Shown piece after piece: positions 9,394 to 16,607 of a DNA stretch of 64,000 bases. How positions within the stretch are numbered: position 1 is the first letter of the stretch; every line of letters begins with the position of its first letter. Made by a program: the position numbers and the translations under genes. Under the pieces are notes generated by a model that was not told the origin of the DNA, searched no databases, and saw only the letters and a program-made list of their open reading frames with translations. The stretch comes from an uncultured Desulfobacterales bacterium. GTDB lineage: Bacteria > Desulfobacterota > Desulfobacteria > Desulfobacterales > C00003060. Location of the stretch: NCBI GenBank assembly GCA_964502365.1, contig CAZCWQ010000003.1, forward strand, positions 2,148-66,147, written 5' to 3'.

Positions 9394-10551
9394 ATGCTAA
9401 AGCGGATATTCAGTAGGAAGTCAAACCCAAACATAGCCTCTAGGCCGAATATTGTTATGATCCTCTTGGATCAGTTCAGAAACGATGCCAGAGGTGCACA
9501 TGAAATATTTGAAGAGCTTGGCAAAAGAGGGGTTATTTTTTCTAAGACAATTACCTATGCTCCATATACCTTAGCCTCACTCCACGCTACGTTTACAGGG
9601 ATGTATGGACGAGAGAACGGTGTGGATGCATACATGAAGTCAGATCAATACAAGGCTGGAAAATGCTATAGCCTCCCTCAGTATTTGAAAGACATGGGCT
9701 ACTATACACGAGGGTACACATTTAGTGATATCTTGTTTCCGAAGGCTGGCTTTGACATCCTGCAGGTTATTCCCGAAGATGATGAGCTGGATATTCTCGG
9801 CAGCCACACGAAGGAACTGGATGTATGTTACGGCCAGGAAAGGCCGTTTTTCTGCTTCCTACACTATGGCAATATTCATCATGAAATAGTGAAAGAGGTG
9901 ATTAAAAAGTACGATGATTTTGACAAGGCCTATTTCGGAAAGACCGAACGCAATATGACTAGGTACTTGGAACACGCTCATAAGGCTGGGGAACACCTAG
10001 CTTCCCTTATTAGGGCAATCGATCGTCACGATCCCGATGGGAATACGATGATCATAGTGTTTACCGACCACGGCGGTGGTGTCGGTGAAAAGCCAGGTGA
10101 GAAATCCTATGGGATATTCACCTATGACTATAGCATCTGCGTTTGGGTTTACTTTGTGCTACCTGGCGTGTTACCCGCGGGCTTAGAATGTGATGTCCAA
10201 GTGAGGACGATAGATATTCTGCCGACGGTCATGGAACTGTTGAACCACAGACCGCAAAATAGACGTAGGCCGATCATGGGCAAATCATTGTGTTCTATCA
10301 TAAGAGGAGAAGAATCAGGGCACCGGGAAGCATTCTCGGAAACAGGAGGTGTGGAAGGGCCGTACCCTTCACCGGACAAACCTAATATAAAGTGCCTGCG
10401 CGATGGTGAATGGAAACTTATCTTCAATGATACGATAAACAAATATGAACTGTATAATTTGAAAGAAGACCCCATGGAGACGTTGAATCTTTACAACAAG
10501 AATCCGCAGAAGGCTGACGACTTACTCGAGAAGATGGTTCGGTATTTTTAA
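9394..10551 (+). CDS. Alkaline-phosphatase-superfamily protein (sulfatase/phosphodiesterase-like) with Thr at nucleophile position
   Basis: 385 aa with a strong SD (AGAGGAGG) upstream. NIVMILLDQFRND, FTDHGGGVGE. The nucleophile region TLASLHATFTGMYGRENG resembles the NPP-type T-F-P-N-H-Y-S-I-V-T-G-L-Y pattern rather than CxPxR. Confidence 0.65.
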   Translation: MLKRIFSRKSNPNIASRPNIVMILLDQFRNDARGAHEIFEELGKRGVIFSKTITYAPYTLASLHATFTGMYGRENGVDAYMKSDQYKAGKCYSLPQYLKDMGYYTRGYTFSDILFPKAGFDILQVIPEDDELDILGSHTKELDVCYGQERPFFCFLHYGNIHHEIVKEVIKKYDDFDKAYFGKTERNMTRYLEHAHKAGEHLASLIRAIDRHDPDGNTMIIVFTDHGGGVGEKPGEKSYGIFTYDYSICVWVYFVLPGVLPAGLECDVQVRTIDILPTVMELLNHRPQNRRRPIMGKSLCSIIRGEESGHREAFSETGGVEGPYPSPDKPNIKCLRDGEWKLIFNDTINKYELYNLKEDPMETLNLYNKNPQKADDLLEKMVRYF

Positions 10552-10701
10552 CGACATCGAAATAGACCCGCCCCACGTTTTGATCTATATTCCACTCCTG
10601 CCTTTGATTTACCCACAAGAGATTGGAGTTACTGCGAGGTTTGGTGAACATTTCCGAGTTGAGATGGTTTCCTAGTATTTTAGATAAAGCAAGGAAGTGA
10701 A

Positions 10702-11448
10702 ATGCGACAGAAAAACGAAGATGGCAAATTCTGGCACATTCGGTCGGCCCATTATGACAAATTATTCTGGACAAAAGACAAGAGCTATCTGGATGCTATA
10801 ATGGCTTGTGCAGATCTTAAGAAGCATCATGTGGTTCTCGATGTGGGTACGGGGACGGGGGATGTTGCAAACAGCGTTAAAGAGCACGTTCGCCATGTGG
10901 TTGCCATTGACATTTCGGATTCTATGCTGACGAAGGGGCGGTGGTCAGGAATTTCAGTGGTCAAGTGGGATATTGCTGCTGCCCTTTTTACTCAGGGCTT
11001 GTTTGATAGGGTCGTCGCACGCATGGTGTTTCACCACATCTTGGACAATCTAGACCGAGCGATGTTGAGGTGTTTTGATCTGTTGAAAGAACATGGGCTC
11101 ATTGTCATCGCCGAAGGAGTCCCCCCATCGGATGATGAGGACGTCGTGGCATGGTACACAGAAATGTTTAGGTATAAAGAGAAACGGCGGACCTTCACCC
11201 CTTCGACCCTTAAGAACTATATGGAGAAGAACGGGTTTAGAGATATCAGGACGCACATTCACGTAATGGAAGATTTCAATGTGGGAAATTGGCTTGAGAA
11301 CTCTGGATTGCCAGAGAAAAAACAGGCTTTGATATACCAAATGCATGTTGATGCAGATGAGAAGATTAAGGACGCATACAATATGCGGATTACGAAAGAC
11401 AATTGCTTAATACGAACTGTAAACATTATTATCAGTGGGAGAAAATAA
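10702..11448 (+). CDS. Class I SAM-dependent methyltransferase
   Basis: 248 aa with SAM motif I VLDVGTGTGDVA and an acidic loop VVAIDISD. Confidence 0.7.
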   Translation: MRQKNEDGKFWHIRSAHYDKLFWTKDKSYLDAIMACADLKKHHVVLDVGTGTGDVANSVKEHVRHVVAIDISDSMLTKGRWSGISVVKWDIAAALFTQGLFDRVVARMVFHHILDNLDRAMLRCFDLLKEHGLIVIAEGVPPSDDEDVVAWYTEMFRYKEKRRTFTPSTLKNYMEKNGFRDIRTHIHVMEDFNVGNWLENSGLPEKKQALIYQMHVDADEKIKDAYNMRITKDNCLIRTVNIIISGRK

Positions 11449-11569
11449 ATTTCCGAGTGTTGTGGGGTGACCGAACAAAGAGTGTCGGAGTTCTTTGAGT
11501 TGCCGGAAAAGAGTATGACATTTTAGAAGGACCACTTAGACGCTAAGCCGGTTTGGGGACGGAACTGGA

Positions 11570-12562
11570 ATGAGCTATTGGACGGGAAGAAAAGTATTGG
11601 TTACAGGCGCGGGTGGATTTATTGGAAGTCATCTCGCGGAAAAACTTGTCAATTTGGGGGCTGAGGTCAGAGCTTTTACACGTTACAACTCTAGAAATGA
11701 CGAAGGGCTTTTGAGGCTCGTTCCGGCGCATACTAGAGAAAGAATAGAGGTTCAATTTGGTGATATTCGAGAGCTAGAAACGGTTCACAAGGTTATGGAT
11801 GGTATTGAAGTTGTCTTTCATTTAGCTGCGTCAGTCAGCGCTCCCTATTCGTATATTCACCCTCAAGAGGTGATAGATATAAATACGACAGGAACTGTGA
11901 ATGCCCTGACAGCCGCTCGAGGGGTTCGCATTGAAAAGTTCATACAGACGTCTACTTGCGAGGTCTACGGGAAGGCGAAATATCTGCCAATCAACGAAGA
12001 GCACCCTAAGCAGCCACACTCACCATATTCGGCGAGCAAAGTTGCTGCTGATGCCATTGCGCTGAGCTATCATGCTACTTTCAACCTTCCGGTAACTGTT
12101 ATAAGACCGTTCAACACTTATGGGCCACGTCAATCTGATAGAGCGGTTATTCCTTCTATTATCTCACAAGCCATGGCAAGCGACAAGATTGTCGTTGGGA
12201 ACACGGTTCCAACGAGGGATTTCACGTTCGTGGAGGATATTGTATCAGGCTTCATAAAAATGGCTGAAACCAGTAATGTGGCGGGCAAAGAAATAAATCT
12301 CGGGTCTGGTTTCGAGATATCCATAGAAGATGTGATTAAGAAGATAGTGTCTATTATTGGGCGGAACGTGAGGCTGGAAAAGGCCTCGGAGAGACTTCGC
12401 CCGGAGCAAAGTGATGCGGAAAGGATGTGTGCCGATAATTCAAGAGCCAGGGAGCTGGGAGGATGGCAGCCGACAATCGCGCTGGAGGATGGTTTGAAGA
12501 AGACTATTGATTTTATAGATAGCCATAGGCATCTGCACTTTCCGGGAGAATACAAAATATAG
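11570..12562 (+). CDS. NAD-dependent sugar-nucleotide dehydratase/epimerase (extended SDR), paralog of 25246-26229
   Basis: 330 aa. VLVTGAGGFIGSHLAEKLV, YSASKVAAD (YxxxK), RPFNTYGPRQSDRAVIP. By eye it is roughly half identical to the ORF at 25246. Confidence 0.75.
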   Translation: MSYWTGRKVLVTGAGGFIGSHLAEKLVNLGAEVRAFTRYNSRNDEGLLRLVPAHTRERIEVQFGDIRELETVHKVMDGIEVVFHLAASVSAPYSYIHPQEVIDINTTGTVNALTAARGVRIEKFIQTSTCEVYGKAKYLPINEEHPKQPHSPYSASKVAADAIALSYHATFNLPVTVIRPFNTYGPRQSDRAVIPSIISQAMASDKIVVGNTVPTRDFTFVEDIVSGFIKMAETSNVAGKEINLGSGFEISIEDVIKKIVSIIGRNVRLEKASERLRPEQSDAERMCADNSRARELGGWQPTIALEDGLKKTIDFIDSHRHLHFPGEYKI

Positions 12563-12720
12563 CAAAAAGTCCGATACAGTCAAAGTGACTCTTTTTGGAA
12601 GAATCAAATAAAGCACAGATGGAGGCTGAGTAGAGTTTTGAAGAAACCCTGGATCGCAGGGGTGTTTTGAAATGATTTCTGGGAAATGTTTTTTTATTGG
12701 CTTCTTTGATAAATTGAATT

Positions 12721-13482
12721 TTGCATGGAATTCCAAGGTGCGACGTGGCTGAGATAACAAAAAGAAAGGTTCTAGTGCTGATTCTGACCTACAATGAGGA
12801 ACAGCACATAAGTCAAGTTATAGATGATGTAAAAGTTCATGTGCCTTTTGCAGATGTACTAGTTGTCGATGGGGAGTCTGTAGACAACACTGCGCGGCTT
12901 GCGAAAGAGAAAGGTGTCTGGATCGTCTCAGTACCTAGTAGACTTGGTATCGCTGGCGGGATGGAGGCTGGGCTATTGTTTGCTAATTACCGGGATTATA
13001 ATTATCTAATTAGGGTAGATGGCGATGGTCAGCATAGAGCCGAGGATATTGGTGCCTTGCTGGAACCAGTGATGGATGGCGAAGCTGATTTGGTCATCGG
13101 GGCACGCTTCAAGAAGGAGAGTGGAGAATACAAAGCCTCAGCTCCTCGCCTGGTAGCTAATAAGCTCTTTGCATTCCTTGTATCCAAAATAGTAGGCGAG
13201 AATCTACATGACACAACTTCGGGATTTCAGGCGATGCGTAGGGATGTGGTTAGGTTCTTAGGAGACATTGAGAATTTTGAATACTCGGAAGTCGAGACGG
13301 TTATTTTACTGAAAAAGGCTGGATTCCGTATACTTGAGGTCCCCGTTGTAATGAACGAGAGAGTTGGTAGCCAATCGTCATTCAACTTTCTTCGGGCATT
13401 CTTTTACATGTTCAACGGCCTTTTTTCTTTATTGTTAAATATAAGCCGAAAGGTGGAGAGGAAAACGTATCATGACAGTTAA
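12721..13482 (+). CDS. GT2 glycosyltransferase, polyprenyl-phosphate sugar synthase (DPM1/CsbB-like) type
   Basis: 253 aa. VLVLILTYNEEQHI, VVDGESVDNT, RVDGDGQH (DxD-type). Short soluble GT2 architecture. Start is TTG 12721 or GTG 12745. Confidence 0.7.
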   Translation: MHGIPRCDVAEITKRKVLVLILTYNEEQHISQVIDDVKVHVPFADVLVVDGESVDNTARLAKEKGVWIVSVPSRLGIAGGMEAGLLFANYRDYNYLIRVDGDGQHRAEDIGALLEPVMDGEADLVIGARFKKESGEYKASAPRLVANKLFAFLVSKIVGENLHDTTSGFQAMRRDVVRFLGDIENFEYSEVETVILLKKAGFRILEVPVVMNERVGSQSSFNFLRAFFYMFNGLFSLLLNISRKVERKTYHDS

Positions 13483-13831
13483 AATACAGCTATTAGCCAT
13501 TACATTGGCAGTATTTCTTGCAGTGAGTGTGGTGACATTGACTAGAAAGAAAATGATAAGAACACAGTATACGCTGTTTTGGTTGCTGATGTGTGGCGCC
13601 TTTCTATTCCTGTCTTTATTTGTCGATGTTCTATACGATTTGGCTCAATTGCTAGGCGTTTATAGTCCGGTTAACGCCGTGTTTATAGTCGCTTTTGTCT
13701 GTATCTTGCTCCTATTGTTCAATTTTTCCGTGATAGTGTCTGGGCTCTCACATGAAAATAGGAAGCTGATTTTGAAGCTGAGTCTACTGACTTGGCGAGT
13801 GGAGCAGTTGGAAAAGGGCAAGCTGGCCTGA
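13472..13831 (+). CDS. Small multi-pass membrane protein (GT2-associated, DUF2304-like)
   Basis: 119 aa with 3-4 hydrophobic helices. It overlaps the GT2 stop by 11 nt, which suggests translational coupling. Size and position match the small membrane partners found next to DPM1-like GT2 genes. Confidence 0.5.
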   Translation: MTVKIQLLAITLAVFLAVSVVTLTRKKMIRTQYTLFWLLMCGAFLFLSLFVDVLYDLAQLLGVYSPVNAVFIVAFVCILLLLFNFSVIVSGLSHENRKLILKLSLLTWRVEQLEKGKLA

Positions 13832-13847
13832 ACAAAGGAGGCGCCAA

Positions 13848-14708
13848 CTGAATATAAGAGAGAGAACAAAGATTGTTTGCCCTGTATGCGGTAATGGGTC
13901 GGCAGGGTACGGCAGAAGGATCAGTATTAGAGAATTTACATATATAGAATGCGCATATTGTAGAAGTCTTTTTCTTGATCCACTGCCTTTGCCGGAGGAA
14001 GTGGAAGAGATTTACAAAGAACCTTCTTATTTCCATGAAATATACGGTGACTATTTCTCGTCAAAGGCAGGATATAGAAACGTGTTGGCGTGGTTTGAGA
14101 GGGTTTCTAAATACCTGACCGACAAGGAAGCTGCGATAGTGGAAATTGGCTCGGGTTCAGGGTGTTTTTTGGAGGTGCTGAGGAATCTAGGATACAAGAA
14201 TTTTAGGGGCTATGAGCTAAATGAACTGGCAATTAGAGAGTGTAGAAGTAAAGGGCTCCCAGTCCATCATCAGGTGGAGTTTAAGGACGAGCAAGAGGTC
14301 GACGCCGTCTTCATGTTTGACGTGATTGAGCACCTGCCAGATGGAAAGGGTTTTTTAAGAGGTATCCACGCTCAGATGAAGCAGGGCGGATTGGTGATAA
14401 TTGAGACAAGCTGCAATAGACGATATGTCTCGAGGCTACTGGGAAAGATGTGGTGGTTTCTGATACCGCCCAATCACGTTGTCATTTATAACATCAAGTC
14501 TTTAGCGGAACTTTTATGCGAAGTTGGGTTTGAAATTGTAGATTCTACAAATATCAATTTCCATTGGATTTCTATAAAGAACGCATTGACAAAGGTGAAT
14601 AATAGGTTCCCTGGGATGTGTGGTAGGAGGGCACTAATCAGTTCGGACATCAACTTTCCTTTCTACCATTTTACCTCCTTCCAAACCGTTGGCCGAAGGC
14701 GATTGTAG
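13848..14708 (+). CDS. Class I SAM-dependent methyltransferase with N-terminal zinc ribbon; probable non-canonical (CTG) start
   Basis: The ORF track starts at TTG 13989, but the frame is open from 13791 and encodes KIVCPVCGNG...YIECAYCRSLFLDP, a CxxC...CxxC ribbon like the one in the 4079 methyltransferase. AAGGAGG at 13835-13841 sits 6 nt before CTG 13848. Motif I is VEIGSGSGCF. Confidence 0.6.
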   Translation: MNIRERTKIVCPVCGNGSAGYGRRISIREFTYIECAYCRSLFLDPLPLPEEVEEIYKEPSYFHEIYGDYFSSKAGYRNVLAWFERVSKYLTDKEAAIVEIGSGSGCFLEVLRNLGYKNFRGYELNELAIRECRSKGLPVHHQVEFKDEQEVDAVFMFDVIEHLPDGKGFLRGIHAQMKQGGLVIIETSCNRRYVSRLLGKMWWFLIPPNHVVIYNIKSLAELLCEVGFEIVDSTNINFHWISIKNALTKVNNRFPGMCGRRALISSDINFPFYHFTSFQTVGRRRL

Positions 14709-14774
14709 GAGGCGTGACAGGGAAGGGATCAAGGTGTTGGAATTCGACAGTGTATTATTAGTGGGTTTGTTGGG

Positions 14775-16517
14775 ATGAAGATAATAGGCATTCACGATGG
14801 GCATAATGCCTCATGTTGCTACTTGGAGAATGGTGAAATCAAGAGTGCAGCCTTAGAGGAGAGATTCTGCCAGAGGAAGAATCATAGCGGCTACCCTAAA
14901 AGGGCAGTCGAGTGGATTTTGGAAGAAAACGGCTTAACATTCGAAGATGTTGACTGTGTGGCCTTTCCTCATGTTATTCGTCCCGTTGTTTTTAATGATG
15001 GTACCCTCAAACAGTATACGCCGCTCCGGGTTTTGCATTCGATAGCTTGCGAAGTGTTGCCACGACGCATTATCGGGGCGAGTGGGTTAGTAGGACCGTA
15101 TATCAAGTTGGTGGGACCCTTTAGGAGGAGAACACTGAAGGAGTATGCAGTCGCTCAAGGAATTCCGGTCAAGAAGATCTTCCAAGCAGAACACCACACG
15201 GCCCATACTTATGCGGCACTGTATAGCTCTGGGTTTATGGAAAAGGGTGTCCCCCTTATTGCCTTTACAATGGATAATTCCGGGGACGGCCTGTCGTCGA
15301 CTGTGTCAACATGGGAACCAGGTGTGGGCGTTAAACGGGTTCACACGAATCAAAGTTTCCACTCAATGGGTGAATTGTATTCGCGGGTTACTGAGTACCT
15401 AGGTATGAAGATGGCTGAACATGAACACAAGATTATGGGAATGGCACCATACGCTGCTGGGGACCACGCTGAGAGAACCTACGATGTGCTGAAGAGATAT
15501 ATACGTCTTGACAGGTCTGGACTAGGCTTTGAGAATATGAGGACATATGGCTATGGTCTTCTTTACAGGATGAAACATGACTTGTTTCAGCATAGGTTCG
15601 ACAGTATTTGCTCTGCTATTCAAAGGCTGCTTGAAGATTTGGTCGTTCCGTGGGTTCGCAACTGGTGCTCGAGAACGGGCATCAGAAGGGCAGTTTTTGG
15701 CGGTGGAATCTTCATGAACGTTAAGCTGAATCTGTTATTAACGAAGATCCCCGAATTAGACTTGGTGTATTTTACTCCCAGTTCAAGTGATGAAAGCACG
15801 GCAATAGGTGCAGCGTATTATGCAAATGAGATAATGGGCGGAAGTAGGTGCCCATCCTTTGGGACCCCATATAAGGGCCCGGAGTACAGAGGAAACGATA
15901 TTAAAAGATCACTGAAAAGGTACTCAGATAAAATAGTCTGTCGTCGTGAGGGAGACATTGAAAGAACGCTGGCAGAGCTGATTGCAAAAGGACGTATTGT
16001 CGGGCGATTTCAAGGGCGTTCCGAGTGGGGAGCAAGAGCCTTGGGCAACCGCTCCATTTGTTGTCGTGCCGATGACTTAAGAGTAGTGGCCCGACTAAAC
16101 AAGGCAATCAAAAGGAGGGACTTCTGGATGCCTTTCGCGCCTTCTGTCTTGGAGGACGACGCACAGAGGTATATCATTAACGAGAAGAATATCTCCGCCC
16201 CTTATATGATGCTGGCCTTTGAGTCAACGCCTTTGGCTCAGAAGCATATCATCGCCGCCCTTCACCCCTATGATAAGAGCTGTCGGCCACAGATTGTCCA
16301 TAAGGAGTGGAATCCCCGCTATCACAGGCTATTGACCATATTCAGGGAGATTTCAGGTATCGGGGCGATACTGAATACAAGTTTCAATTTGCACGGCCTG
16401 CCAATTGTACACACCCCTGATGATGCAATTAGAACACTTTTGAAATCAAATCTGCACTGTGTTGCCATCGAAGATTACATGATTCAGGCGAAGCCAGGAA
16501 TTCAGCCGGCAGAGTGA
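14775..16517 (+). CDS. Carbamoyltransferase (NodU/CmcH family)
   Basis: 580 aa. N-terminus MKIIGIHDGHNASCCYLENGEI and C-terminal NTSFNLHGLPIV are characteristic of NodU/CmcH O-carbamoyltransferases. Confidence 0.8.
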   Translation: MKIIGIHDGHNASCCYLENGEIKSAALEERFCQRKNHSGYPKRAVEWILEENGLTFEDVDCVAFPHVIRPVVFNDGTLKQYTPLRVLHSIACEVLPRRIIGASGLVGPYIKLVGPFRRRTLKEYAVAQGIPVKKIFQAEHHTAHTYAALYSSGFMEKGVPLIAFTMDNSGDGLSSTVSTWEPGVGVKRVHTNQSFHSMGELYSRVTEYLGMKMAEHEHKIMGMAPYAAGDHAERTYDVLKRYIRLDRSGLGFENMRTYGYGLLYRMKHDLFQHRFDSICSAIQRLLEDLVVPWVRNWCSRTGIRRAVFGGGIFMNVKLNLLLTKIPELDLVYFTPSSSDESTAIGAAYYANEIMGGSRCPSFGTPYKGPEYRGNDIKRSLKRYSDKIVCRREGDIERTLAELIAKGRIVGRFQGRSEWGARALGNRSICCRADDLRVVARLNKAIKRRDFWMPFAPSVLEDDAQRYIINEKNISAPYMMLAFESTPLAQKHIIAALHPYDKSCRPQIVHKEWNPRYHRLLTIFREISGIGAILNTSFNLHGLPIVHTPDDAIRTLLKSNLHCVAIEDYMIQAKPGIQPAE

Positions 16518-16607
16518 AATGGTCATGAATAGAAGAATGTTCGTATAAACTAGAAGGTGTTGATGATGCAAGTCACTCATTATGGGAGTCGAGGTTAACG
16601 TAAACGC

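Noticed and set aside
12578-12596. Weak hairpin AGTCA-aag-TGACT followed by CTTTTT after the SDR gene ending at 12562, considered as an intrinsic terminator.
   Set aside because: The stem is only 5 bp with low predicted stability. The downstream GT2 gene is co-directional and is probably co-transcribed.
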